Shown here: piece after piece, positions 35,962 through 45,844 of the stretch
Layout: the number at the start of each line of letters is the position of its first letter
Numbering within the stretch: the first letter of the stretch is position 1
Assembly (NCBI GenBank): GCA_963668315.1
Contig: OY764216.1
Span: 3,168,001 to 3,232,000 of the forward strand
Direction: 5' to 3'
Source: Spirochaetia bacterium
GTDB lineage: Bacteria; Spirochaetota; Spirochaetia; DSM-2461
Length of the DNA: 64,000 nucleotides
Translations under genes and position numbers: made by a program
Notes under the pieces: model-generated
The model's input: only the letters and a program-made list of their open reading frames with translations
Told to the model about the DNA's origin: nothing
Databases searched by the model: none

Positions 35962-37152
35962 ATGGACAACAAAATGACAAACATGGTGAAAGCTCTGGAG
36001 GGATTGAATACTTCAGCCCTGTTCGGGGATGATTTTTTCCTTACCTGGGACAAGAGCCGGGAAGAGCTGGAAGGGCTTCTGATGACGGCGGAAATACTCA
36101 GGGCCATGCGGGCGGACAATCTTTCTGCCCGGCTTTTCGAAAGCGGTCTGGCTATCTCCCTTTTTCGGGACAACTCCACCAGAACGCGGTTCAGCTTCGC
36201 CAGTGCGGCGAACCTTCTCGGACTGGAAGTGCAGGATCTGGAAGAGGGAAAATCACAGATCGCCCATGGCGAGACTGTCCGTGAAACGGCCAATATGATC
36301 AGTTTTATGGCCGACGTGATCGGTATCAGGGATGACATGTACATCGGCAAGGGGCATACCTATATGGAAGAGGTCTCCCGCGCCGTGAAAAAAGGCTACG
36401 AGGAGGGCGTCCTCCAGCAGAGGCCGACGGTGGTCAACCTGCAGTGCGATATCGACCATCCCACCCAGTCCCTGGCCGATTTTCTCCATCTGGTGAATCA
36501 TTTCGGCGGCATTGAAAACCTCAAAGGAAAGAAAATCGCCATGTCCTGGGCTTACTCTCCCTCCTACGGCAAGCCCCTTTCCGTTCCCCAGGGCGTGGTG
36601 GGGCTGATGACGCGTTTCGGAATGGATGTAACCCTGGCCCATCCCGAAGGTTATGAGATTATGAAGGACGTGGAGGATCTGGCGGCAGGAAACGCCGCCG
36701 CGTCGGGGGGGAGTTTTAAAAAGACCAATTCCATGGAAGAGGCTTTCAGAGGGGCCGATATCGTTTATCCGAAAAGCTGGGCTCCCTACAGGGCCATGGA
36801 AACAAGGACGGATCTTTACGGAAAGGGTGATTTTGACGGCATAAAGGCTCTGGAAAAGGAGCTTCTGGCTCAGAATGCCCGCCATAAGGATTGGACCTGC
36901 TCGGAGAAACTGATGAAAGAGACCAATGATGCCCTCTATCTCCACTGCCTGCCGGCAGACATTACAGGTGTCAGCTGCGAACAGGGAGAAGTGGATGGTT
37001 CCGTTTTCGACAGATTCAGGGAACCGCTCTACAGGGAGGCCGGCTATAAACCCTATATCATCGCCGCCATGATATTTTTGAGTAAAGTCAAGGATCCCGC
37101 CAAAGGGCTCCGTACGCTTATCGACCGGGGAATCTCCCGGATTACACTATAA
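35962..37152 (+). CDS. ygeW: Knotted carbamoyltransferase YgeW
   Basis: FRDNSTRTRF, NLQCDIDHPTQ, WAYSPSYGKPLSVPQG, HCLPAD. Confidence 0.95.
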   Translation: MDNKMTNMVKALEGLNTSALFGDDFFLTWDKSREELEGLLMTAEILRAMRADNLSARLFESGLAISLFRDNSTRTRFSFASAANLLGLEVQDLEEGKSQIAHGETVRETANMISFMADVIGIRDDMYIGKGHTYMEEVSRAVKKGYEEGVLQQRPTVVNLQCDIDHPTQSLADFLHLVNHFGGIENLKGKKIAMSWAYSPSYGKPLSVPQGVVGLMTRFGMDVTLAHPEGYEIMKDVEDLAAGNAAASGGSFKKTNSMEEAFRGADIVYPKSWAPYRAMETRTDLYGKGDFDGIKALEKELLAQNARHKDWTCSEKLMKETNDALYLHCLPADITGVSCEQGEVDGSVFDRFREPLYREAGYKPYIIAAMIFLSKVKDPAKGLRTLIDRGISRITL

Positions 37153-37166
37153 ATTAAGGAGTTTTT

Positions 37167-38624
37167 GTGATTGATCTTACGTTAAAAGAGGATGTTAGAA
37201 AGAAAAATATAGAGAGATGCCGGGAGAAGGGCATTCTTCTTCCCACCTTTGCCCAGATGAAAAATCCCGAGACGATTCCCTCTTCCGTGAAGGATAAACT
37301 GCGTCAGACCGGATTATGGGATCTGGACCCGGTCAACCTCTTCCGCATTACCTGGCGGAATGAACCGGTCCCTTCGGGGGGAACCTTCGGCGGGGTGAAT
37401 TATATGGAAATCCCCAAAGAGCTGACCGGAGTAAACGCCCGCATTATCGCTCTGGTGGGAAAATGGTTTCCCACGGGCGCCCATAAGGTGGGGGCTACCT
37501 ACGGCTGTCTCGCCCCGGCTCTGGTTTCGGGCAACTTCGATTCCACCAGCCAGAAGGCCGTCTGGCCCTCCACGGGGAACTACTGCCGGGGAGGAGCCTA
37601 CAACAGCGCCCTCCTGGGCTGCGATTCCATCGCCATCCTTCCCGAGGAAATGAGTCGTGAACGGTTTGAGTGGCTCTCCAAAATCGCCGGCGAGGTTATC
37701 GCGACTCCGGGATGCGAAAGCAATGTCAAGGAAATTTTCGACAAATGCCATGAACTGAATGCGGAACGGGGCGATGACATTGTCATTTTCAATCAATTCG
37801 ATCAGTTCGGCAATTATCTCTGGCATTATGAGATCACCGGATCTGCCATAGAAGCAGCCTGCGCCGAGCTGGGTGTGAAATCCCTGGCCGGTTATGTCTC
37901 CTCCACCGGATCGGGGGGCACCATCGCCGCGGGTGATTACCTGAAAACCCTCTATCCCCGGATGAAAATCGGGGCGGCCGAAGCCCTGCAGTGTCCCACC
38001 CTTCTCAGAAACGGATTCGGCGGACATCGTATTGAAGGAATCGGCGACAAGCATGTGCCCTGGATTCATAATGTGCGGAATACCGATATGGTCGTCGCCG
38101 TGGATGACGAGGACTGCATCTCCCTCATGAGACTCTACAACGAGGAGGAGGGAATCCGTTTTCTGGAAGCGGCGGGAATGGACAAATCTTTCAGAGAAAA
38201 ACTGCCCTTCCTGGGGATTTCCGGAATCGGCAACCTCATCGCCTCCATAAAAATGGCCAGGTATTACGAAATGGACAGTGACGATGTGATCTTTACCGTC
38301 TGCACCGACTCCATGGATATGTACGATTCCCGTATGAAGGAGTATCATGAAAAATACGGCGCCTTCACCGACAAGGAGGCCCAGAGGGTTTATGCCCGGG
38401 CCGTGGAGGGGCAGAAAATCGACGGGACTCTGGAGCTTAATTATTACGACAGACTCCGTGTGCATAACCTCAAGTACTACACCTGGATAGAACAGCAGGG
38501 TAAGGTTACCGAAGAGCTCAACAGGCAGTGGTATGACAAATCCTACTGGAATGCCGTTCCTCCGAAGGCCGAAGAGATCGACCGGATGATCAGGAAGTTC
38601 AATGAAGAGGTCCAGGCCGGTTAG
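37167..38624 (+). CDS. Fold-type II PLP-dependent enzyme of unknown function
   Basis: FPTGAHK Schiff-base Lys, STGN, GSGGT phosphate loop, HRIEGIG; GTG start after AAGGAG. Confidence 0.85.
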   Translation: MIDLTLKEDVRKKNIERCREKGILLPTFAQMKNPETIPSSVKDKLRQTGLWDLDPVNLFRITWRNEPVPSGGTFGGVNYMEIPKELTGVNARIIALVGKWFPTGAHKVGATYGCLAPALVSGNFDSTSQKAVWPSTGNYCRGGAYNSALLGCDSIAILPEEMSRERFEWLSKIAGEVIATPGCESNVKEIFDKCHELNAERGDDIVIFNQFDQFGNYLWHYEITGSAIEAACAELGVKSLAGYVSSTGSGGTIAAGDYLKTLYPRMKIGAAEALQCPTLLRNGFGGHRIEGIGDKHVPWIHNVRNTDMVVAVDDEDCISLMRLYNEEEGIRFLEAAGMDKSFREKLPFLGISGIGNLIASIKMARYYEMDSDDVIFTVCTDSMDMYDSRMKEYHEKYGAFTDKEAQRVYARAVEGQKIDGTLELNYYDRLRVHNLKYYTWIEQQGKVTEELNRQWYDKSYWNAVPPKAEEIDRMIRKFNEEVQAG

Positions 38625-38625
38625 T

Positions 38626-39831
38626 ATGATATTGTATCGCTGCACAACCTGCGGGAAAAGTTATGAAACGGATGATTTGATCTACCGCTGTCCCGAATGC
38701 TCCTCGAAAGGGGTTAAGGACGGTTTTCAGAGGGGAAATCTGCTGGTGGAGTTTGATCCGTCGATTATTGAGGGAAGGACGCTCCCCCTTGATCCCCTCT
38801 CTCTTTTTCCCTATGAGATTGATTTTCACGACTCCTTTCCCGCAGGCGGCACGCCTCTGGTCAGGCCCGGAAGACTAAGGCAGGAGGAGGGTTTTCCCCG
38901 GCTTCTCTGCAAGTGCGAGATGGCCAATCCCTCCGGTTCCTACAAGGACCGGGCCTCCCTTCTGGTGGCGGCCCAGGCGAAGGCGCTCGGCGTTGATAAG
39001 ATCGTTCTGGCCTCCACGGGTAATGCCGGTTCGGCCATGAGCTGCGCCGGCGCCGCCCTGGGGCTGGACGTGGTTCTCTTTGTCCCCGCCACGGCGCCCC
39101 TGGAAAAACTGGCCCAGTCGGTTTTCTACGGCGCCCGGGTCATTCCCGTAAAGGGAACCTATGACAACGCCTTTGCCCTTTCCCTGGAATATTCGGCCCG
39201 TTTCGGAGGGATAAACCGGAACACCGCCTACAATCCCATGACCATAGAGGGCAAGAAAAGCGCCGCCGTTGAGATTATCAATCAGATGGGCGGGGAAGTT
39301 CCCGATCTGGTCTATATTCCCGCGGGCGACGGCGTTATCTACACGGGAATGGTTAAGGGCTTTTCCGATCTGAAAAAGGCGGGGTTCATCGACCGCTTTC
39401 CCCGCTGCGTGGCTGTCCAGCCCCGGGGCAGCAACGCCCTCTACCTGTCGTGGAAGGAGGGCCGGGAAGTCCTCCTGGACAAAACGGATACAAAGGCCGA
39501 TTCCCTGGCTGTCTGTTCTCCCGCCTGCGGTGAACCGGCCCTTCAGTTCATGGAGGCGTCCGAGGGATGGGCCGTGGAAGTGTCCGACGGCGAGATTGGC
39601 GATGCTCAGGAAAAGCTGGCCGCCGGGGCGGGGCTTTTTGTCGAGCCCTCCTCCGCCGCGGCTCTGGCCGGTATGAGAAAGGACAGAAAGGAAGGAAGGA
39701 TTTCCGGTAAGGAAACAGCGGTGCTGCTGCTCACCGGAACGGGTCATAAGGATATGAAGGCCGTTATCGACCGGATCTCTCTGCCCGAGCCGGTGGAATG
39801 TACTCTCGATGAGGTGATGAAGCATGTATGA
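38626..39831 (+). CDS. Threonine synthase-like PLP enzyme with an N-terminal zinc ribbon
   Basis: CTTC...CPEC, NPSGSYKDR, ASTGNAG, PAGDG, EPSSA, LLTGTGHKD. Confidence 0.85.
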   Translation: MILYRCTTCGKSYETDDLIYRCPECSSKGVKDGFQRGNLLVEFDPSIIEGRTLPLDPLSLFPYEIDFHDSFPAGGTPLVRPGRLRQEEGFPRLLCKCEMANPSGSYKDRASLLVAAQAKALGVDKIVLASTGNAGSAMSCAGAALGLDVVLFVPATAPLEKLAQSVFYGARVIPVKGTYDNAFALSLEYSARFGGINRNTAYNPMTIEGKKSAAVEIINQMGGEVPDLVYIPAGDGVIYTGMVKGFSDLKKAGFIDRFPRCVAVQPRGSNALYLSWKEGREVLLDKTDTKADSLAVCSPACGEPALQFMEASEGWAVEVSDGEIGDAQEKLAAGAGLFVEPSSAAALAGMRKDRKEGRISGKETAVLLLTGTGHKDMKAVIDRISLPEPVECTLDEVMKHV

Positions 39832-41143
39832 TTTAGCTGTCAAAAACGGTCTTGTTTACCGGAACGGCCGGTTGGAAGAGGCCCACGTCTATATTAAGGA
39901 CGGTATCATTGAGGAAATTTCCTCCCGGGAGTTTGGGGCAAAGGAGACACTTGAAGGGGAGGGGAAAAAAATATTTCCCGGTCTTATCGATCCCCATGTC
40001 CATTTCGCCCTCTCCGTGGGGAACTTCCGTTCCGCCGATGATTTCGCCAGCGGTTCCGCCGCGGGTCTTTTCGGTGGGGTGACAACCTATATTGACTTTC
40101 TCGATCCGGTAAATAGGGGCTCCCTCGTGGAGGAGGCTTTCGAGCGGAGAAAAGCCCTGGCCGCGAAAAGCTGTTCCGATTACTCCTTTCATACCTGTGC
40201 GGCAAACCCCGAGGGGCAGACCGAAGGAATTACCGAAGAATCCCTGCGCCTGAAAATGCCTTCCATAAAGGTTTTTACGGCCTATTCCGAAACGGACAGA
40301 CGAACCTATGAGAAGGAGCTGGCCGAATTTCTGGCCCTGTCCGAGAAAAGGGGAACCGTGCTCCTGGTTCATGGAGAGGATGAGGATCATATCGTCAGCG
40401 ATCCGCGGTTCGGACCGGAGGATCTGACTTTCAGCCGACCCCGAAAATCGGAACGGTCCATGGTGGAGAAACTGTGCTCCCTTGTCGAAGAGAAAAGGGG
40501 CCGCCTCTATCTTGTTCATACCACCTGCGGAAGCTCCGTGGAATATGCCAGGGAAAGGCTGGGGGATCTTTTCGGGAAAAATCTTTTCATGGAGAGCTGC
40601 CCCCAGTATTTCTTCCTCACCGAGGAGGATCTCAAGGGGGACGAGGGGTATAAGTACGTCCTGGCTCCCCCTCTCCGTTCTCTCAAGGAGACAAAGAAGA
40701 TCACCGAAGAGGCTTCCCGTCTCTTTTCCATAGGGACCGACCACTGCCCCTTTATGCTGGCGGAAAAGAAACGGTCCCTCCTGAGCCGGATTCCCTTCGG
40801 AATCGGGGGCATAGAGTACTCTTTTCCCCTTATGTACGGTCTTTTCAAAGAGAGCATTGTCGATAAAATGACCGTCAATCCGGCCCGTTTATTCGGTTTA
40901 TACCCCCGCAAAGGGGTTCTGGAACCCGGTTCCGACGGAGATTTGTTTCTTTTTCACGAAGAAGGGAGTACAATAGTAGGAACGGGACATTCCCGGTGCG
41001 ACTACAATGTTTATGAGAATTTTCCCGTGGGCGGCCGTGTGGAGAAGACCGTTCTGAGAGGAAAAGTCGTCATGGACGGGAGAAACGTGATCCCGGAGGA
41101 AGGACGTTTTCTGGAAAGGGAGGCAGGCATTGAAAGCCATTAG
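39824..41143 (+). CDS. Dihydropyrimidinase / hydantoinase (HyuA/YgeZ-like)
   Basis: PGLIDPHVH, GGVTT, GTDHCPF, NPARLFGLYPRKG. Confidence 0.88.
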   Translation: MYDLAVKNGLVYRNGRLEEAHVYIKDGIIEEISSREFGAKETLEGEGKKIFPGLIDPHVHFALSVGNFRSADDFASGSAAGLFGGVTTYIDFLDPVNRGSLVEEAFERRKALAAKSCSDYSFHTCAANPEGQTEGITEESLRLKMPSIKVFTAYSETDRRTYEKELAEFLALSEKRGTVLLVHGEDEDHIVSDPRFGPEDLTFSRPRKSERSMVEKLCSLVEEKRGRLYLVHTTCGSSVEYARERLGDLFGKNLFMESCPQYFFLTEEDLKGDEGYKYVLAPPLRSLKETKKITEEASRLFSIGTDHCPFMLAEKKRSLLSRIPFGIGGIEYSFPLMYGLFKESIVDKMTVNPARLFGLYPRKGVLEPGSDGDLFLFHEEGSTIVGTGHSRCDYNVYENFPVGGRVEKTVLRGKVVMDGRNVIPEEGRFLEREAGIESH

Positions 41144-42449
41144 CAATGTTCGAATTTATGATTTTATCCATTATCAGGCCCGGGGCTATGTCGTTTTCGA
41201 TGAAACCATAGCCGAGACGGGACCGATGGAGGGATTCGATGAGGCGCGACGTAAATACGGCCTTTCCGACGGGGATATCACCGACGGCAGGAACAGGCTG
41301 CTCATTCCCGGACTGGTGCTGGGGCATACCCATATCTATTCCACCTTTGCCCGCGGGATGGCCCTGCCTTTCAATCCGCAGAACTTTCAGGAGATACTGG
41401 AACAGCAGTGGTGGAAGATGGATGCCGCCCTGGACAGGGAAGAGATTTATTACAGCGGTCTTGTCAGCGGCCTCGGCTATATCAAGCACGGAGTGACCAC
41501 CATTATCGATCACCATGCCAGCGGGCGGGATATAAGGGGCACTCTCAACGAGCTGAAGAGAAGCGTGGTGGACGAGATGGGGCTTCGCGGCATGTTCTGC
41601 TTTGAAACATCCGACCGTTTCGACCGGGAGGCCTGCATCGAGGAAAATGTGGATTTCCGCGACCAGGAGGAGGAGGGATTATGCGCCTCCCACTTCGGTA
41701 TGCATGCTTCCATGACCCTATCCGACGATACTCTGGTGAAAATCTCCCGCCGTCTGGAAGGACGTCCTGTTCATATTCATGTGGCCGAAAGCCGGATGGA
41801 TCAGGAGGACTGCATGAGCCGTTACGCCATGGGACTGGTAGAGCGGCTCGATAAATTCGGCCTTCTCAACAAGGACAGCATCCTGGTACACGGTATTTAC
41901 CTGAGTGAAAAAGAGATGGATCTCATCGCCGAGCGGGAGTGCTATGTCGCCCTGAATCCCCTTTCCAATATGAATAACGGAGTGGGGCTGCCCGATTACC
42001 CCCTTCTGAAAAAGCACGGAATCCCCTGTATCATCGGCAATGACGGCCTGGGAACTTCGGTGGCCAACGAATGGCAGGCCCTGCTCTTTTCCACCCATTA
42101 CAAGTACAGGGATCCCATGGCGTTCGATCTGGGGGATCTGCACCGGATGATTCTCAACAGTTACGAATACGCCTCCCGGATGCTCAAAACCGATCTGGGT
42201 AGGATTAAAAAAGGCTATGAAGCGGATATGATCCTCATTGACGAGGATAATCCCACCCCCATGGGAGACGGCAACGCCCTGGGACATCTGCTCTACGGCA
42301 GCGCCGCCGCCTTGAGGCCTTCCCATACCTGGTGCCGGGGAAAGCTGAAGATGGCCGATTACCTCTATACAGAAGATGTTTCCTCTATTTATGAGAAAAG
42401 CCGTGAACAGGCCGCCCGCCTCTGGAATGACCTGGGAGCTCCCCTGTGA
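41130..42449 (+). CDS. ssnA: SsnA-like amidohydrolase
   Basis: HTHIYS, GVTTIIDHHAS, CFETSDR, HASMT, HIHVAE, SNMNNGVG. Confidence 0.88.
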   Translation: MKAISNVRIYDFIHYQARGYVVFDETIAETGPMEGFDEARRKYGLSDGDITDGRNRLLIPGLVLGHTHIYSTFARGMALPFNPQNFQEILEQQWWKMDAALDREEIYYSGLVSGLGYIKHGVTTIIDHHASGRDIRGTLNELKRSVVDEMGLRGMFCFETSDRFDREACIEENVDFRDQEEEGLCASHFGMHASMTLSDDTLVKISRRLEGRPVHIHVAESRMDQEDCMSRYAMGLVERLDKFGLLNKDSILVHGIYLSEKEMDLIAERECYVALNPLSNMNNGVGLPDYPLLKKHGIPCIIGNDGLGTSVANEWQALLFSTHYKYRDPMAFDLGDLHRMILNSYEYASRMLKTDLGRIKKGYEADMILIDEDNPTPMGDGNALGHLLYGSAAALRPSHTWCRGKLKMADYLYTEDVSSIYEKSREQAARLWNDLGAPL

Positions 42450-44548
42450 GACGGGATATCAGTGAAAGCATCAACAAAGTTGATAACGGGGAAAAAATAG
42501 GCGGATCCGGCCTCTATCTCAACGATATCGATTTTAAGGATTTCTATTACGCCCTGACTTTGCGGTCCGCTGTCTGCAGGGGACGGATTAAGAACATCCG
42601 ATTTCCCGAGGAAAGGGAAGATGTTTTCATTGTCGATCACCGGGATATCCCCGGGAACAATTATGTACAGATCCTTGAGAAGGACTGGCCCGTTTTTACC
42701 GACGGCCCGGTCAGTTATCTCGGTGAACCGATACTTCTTGTCACAGGCCCGGACAAAGCCGTACTGGAAGATTATCTTGGCCGTATAGAAGTGGAATATG
42801 AAGAGGAGGAGCCCATTCTGACTCTGGAGGATTCCGTCGCAAAGACCGACCCCGTGGTTAGCTATAAAATCGACCGGTGGGACGGGGAAAAACTCGCCGG
42901 GCCCGATATCCGTTTCTACGGCGAGACCTTTTCCACGGGCCGCCAGGAGCAGGTGTACATTGAGCCCCAGGGCGTAGCGGCGGAGTTCACCGGCGGCGGA
43001 GTGAAGCTTACCGGCTCCTATCAGTGCCCCTATTATGTGAAGAACGCCGTTATGAATACCCTGGGCTGGGGACCGGAAAAAGTCCGCGTCGTTCAGGCCG
43101 TGACCGGCGGCGCCTTCGGGGGAAAAGAGGAGTTTCCTTCCCTCATAAGCTGCCAGGTTGCTGTGGCCTGTGTGAAGCTGAAGAAAACGATCAAGCTGGT
43201 TTACGACCGGTCAGAGGACATGGCGGTGACAACCAAACGCCATCCGGCCCTCATCGAATATCAGGCTGCCCTGGATAAAAACAACAGCATCGTCGGCATC
43301 AAGATGGACGTGAAACTGGACGGGGGAGCCACGTCAGGGCTTTCATCGGTCGTTCTTCAGAGATCCATGATCGCCTCCTGCGGGGTCTATACCTTTGAGA
43401 GCGTTCTTGTCACGGGCGGGGTCTATCTGACCAACACGGTTCCCAACGGGGCTTTCCGGGGATTTGGAGCGCCTCAGACATTCTTCGCCCTGGAAACGTT
43501 TATGACCCATCTGGCCGGACATCTGGGAATAGACCCTCTGGATTTCCGTCTGAAATATCTGGCACGCCAGGGGGACCCCACTTCTACGGGGGGACTCTAC
43601 CGCGATCCCATTCTTATGGAAGATATGCTCCGGAATGTGCTGGAACGTTCAGGCTACCGGGAGAAAGCGAAGCTCTATGGCGATCCTTCCGATTCCCGGG
43701 GTATCGGAATCTCCTTCTTCCTCCATGGCTGCGGTTTTACCGGCAGCGGCGAAGCGGACCATATCAAGGCCAAGGTCTTCCTGAAAAGGGATGATCAGGG
43801 CCGCGTGTATATCCTTGTTTCCAATGTGGATATGGGCCAGGGGTTCAAGACGACCATGATCAAGGTCGTGGCCCATACGCTGGGACTGCCCCTGGACCAG
43901 GTCGTTTTTGAGAATCCCGATACGGAATACGTTCCCGATTCCGGGCCGACCGTGGCTTCCCGCTCCACTATGATCGTGGGAAGGCTGCTTGTGGAGGCCT
44001 GCGGAAAACTGGAATCCCGCACGGGGGCCTGTACCGTCGAGGCAAACTACTCCCAGCCGGATTATATCAAGTGGAATCTGGACCGGATGGAAGGAGATGC
44101 CTACCCGGCCTACTCATGGGGAATCAATGTCATCGAGGTGGATACGGACCGGGATACTCTGGAAACGAGGGTGACCGGAGCCTGGACGGTGCATGATGTG
44201 GGAAAGGCGATCGACGACAGGATCCTCAAGGGGCAGGTGGACGGCGGACTTCTCCAGGGCGTGGGATACGGCCTGTGGGAGAAAATGGAAGTGAAGGACG
44301 GGAAGGTGCAGCAGAGCACGGTGACCGATTACATCATTGGCACGGCCTCCGATTTTGTTCCGGTGGATAATGTACTCTTTGACAATCCCTACGCTCTGGG
44401 CCCCTTCGGTGCCAAGGGGGCGGGCGAACTGACCCTGATAGGCGGGGCGCCCGCCGCTGCCATGGCGGTGGAACAGGCGGCGGATGTGAAGATCAACCGG
44501 ATACCCGTGGTGCCCGAATATCTGATGGAGCTCAAGAGACATGGATAA
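42446..44548 (+). CDS. Xanthine dehydrogenase-family molybdopterin subunit
   Basis: GGAFGGK, AFRGFGAPQ, DMGQG, SGPTVASR, GQVDGG, GAKGAGE. Confidence 0.92.
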   Translation: MRRDISESINKVDNGEKIGGSGLYLNDIDFKDFYYALTLRSAVCRGRIKNIRFPEEREDVFIVDHRDIPGNNYVQILEKDWPVFTDGPVSYLGEPILLVTGPDKAVLEDYLGRIEVEYEEEEPILTLEDSVAKTDPVVSYKIDRWDGEKLAGPDIRFYGETFSTGRQEQVYIEPQGVAAEFTGGGVKLTGSYQCPYYVKNAVMNTLGWGPEKVRVVQAVTGGAFGGKEEFPSLISCQVAVACVKLKKTIKLVYDRSEDMAVTTKRHPALIEYQAALDKNNSIVGIKMDVKLDGGATSGLSSVVLQRSMIASCGVYTFESVLVTGGVYLTNTVPNGAFRGFGAPQTFFALETFMTHLAGHLGIDPLDFRLKYLARQGDPTSTGGLYRDPILMEDMLRNVLERSGYREKAKLYGDPSDSRGIGISFFLHGCGFTGSGEADHIKAKVFLKRDDQGRVYILVSNVDMGQGFKTTMIKVVAHTLGLPLDQVVFENPDTEYVPDSGPTVASRSTMIVGRLLVEACGKLESRTGACTVEANYSQPDYIKWNLDRMEGDAYPAYSWGINVIEVDTDRDTLETRVTGAWTVHDVGKAIDDRILKGQVDGGLLQGVGYGLWEKMEVKDGKVQQSTVTDYIIGTASDFVPVDNVLFDNPYALGPFGAKGAGELTLIGGAPAAAMAVEQAADVKINRIPVVPEYLMELKRHG

Positions 44549-45014
44549 GATAATCTTCAACCTTAACGGCAAATCGGTCAGCATAGAAAAGGACGGGTCC
44601 GCCCGGCTGCTTGATACGCTGAGAGATGACTTTTCCCTGACCGGTCCCAAGGAGGGATGCGGGGAAGGGGAGTGCGGAGCCTGCGCCGTCCTCATAGACG
44701 GGGTCATCGCCAATTCCTGTATCGTTCCCCTGGGAAATGTGGCGGGCAGGAATGTGGTCACCATTGAAGGTTTCTCCCGGACGGAACGATTCAAAGTCCT
44801 TGAAGCCAGTTTTGCCGAGTGCGGTGCCGTGCAGTGCGGTTTCTGCACGCCGGGAATGATGATCGCCGCCGAATCCCTCCTGAACGGCAACCCCTATCCC
44901 AACGATGAGGAGATCCGGGAGGGCATTTCCGGCAATCTCTGCCGCTGCACCGGCTACAATATGATCGTCGATGCGGTCAGGCTGGCCTCGGAAAAGGGGA
45001 AGGGCTTATGGTAA
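44541..45014 (+). CDS. XDH-family 2Fe-2S subunit
   Basis: GCGEGECGAC, QCGFCTPG, NLCRCTGY. Confidence 0.95.
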   Translation: MDKIIFNLNGKSVSIEKDGSARLLDTLRDDFSLTGPKEGCGEGECGACAVLIDGVIANSCIVPLGNVAGRNVVTIEGFSRTERFKVLEASFAECGAVQCGFCTPGMMIAAESLLNGNPYPNDEEIREGISGNLCRCTGYNMIVDAVRLASEKGKGLW

Positions 45015-45844
45015 ACGCGTATCCCCGCAGTCTGAAGGAAGCCTTGGAGATGCGTTCCGAAGGGTTTCGCCCCATGGGAGGCGGTACGGACCTGATGGTG
45101 CGTTACCGAAACCGATCGGGTCTTCTGCCCCGGTTTGACCAGCCTCTGCTTTTTTTAAGGAATCTGGAGGAGCTTAAAACCCTGGAAGAGAGGGATGGTT
45201 TTCTTCGTATCGGAGCCGCCGTTACCCTGAGGGAACTGCTGGCCTCGCCCCTGACTCCCGGGCCACTCAAGGATATCTTCCTGAAAATGGCATCCTACGC
45301 TATACGGAGTGAAGCCACTCTGGCGGGAAACATAGGCAATGCGTCCCCCGCCGCGGACAGCCTTCCCTTCCTCTATTGCCGGGACAGTTCCCTGACTCTG
45401 GCCAGCCGCCGGGCAGAACGAACCGTATCTCTGGCGGATTTTATCACCGGACCGGGGAAAACTCTTCTGGGCGGGGACGAAATCATCAGGGATATTGTTA
45501 TTCCCCTGAAAACGAGCGATATCTCCTTTCATAAAAAAGTGGGGGGACGCCGTTCGGACGCTATTTCCAAGCTCTCCTTTTATGGGGAGGTCTACCGGGG
45601 AAGCGGGGGCGTGGAAGATGTGCGCCTGGCCTTCGGTTCCGTCGCCCCCCGGGTTGTCCGTCTTCCCGAAGGGGAAGACATGATTCTGAAAGCTCTTGCC
45701 GGAAAAAAAGAATGGGGCCCTGTTGTCGAATTTTACGGTAAGGCCGTCACCCCTATTGACGATCAGCGCTCCACCGCCCATTATCGTAAAGAAGTTTCCC
45801 TGAATCTCTTAAATCGTTTTTTGGAGCTGCTCACTCAATTATGA
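45008..45844 (+). CDS. XDH-family FAD-binding subunit
   Basis: GGGTDL, IRSEATLAGNI, ASPAAD, PIDDQRST..YR. Confidence 0.92.
   Translation: MVNAYPRSLKEALEMRSEGFRPMGGGTDLMVRYRNRSGLLPRFDQPLLFLRNLEELKTLEERDGFLRIGAAVTLRELLASPLTPGPLKDIFLKMASYAIRSEATLAGNIGNASPAADSLPFLYCRDSSLTLASRRAERTVSLADFITGPGKTLLGGDEIIRDIVIPLKTSDISFHKKVGGRRSDAISKLSFYGEVYRGSGGVEDVRLAFGSVAPRVVRLPEGEDMILKALAGKKEWGPVVEFYGKAVTPIDDQRSTAHYRKEVSLNLLNRFLELLTQL

Noticed and set aside
37314..40744. Long antisense ORFs (443, 322 and 303 aa) in the purine cluster
   Set aside because: Shadows of well-supported plus-strand genes.
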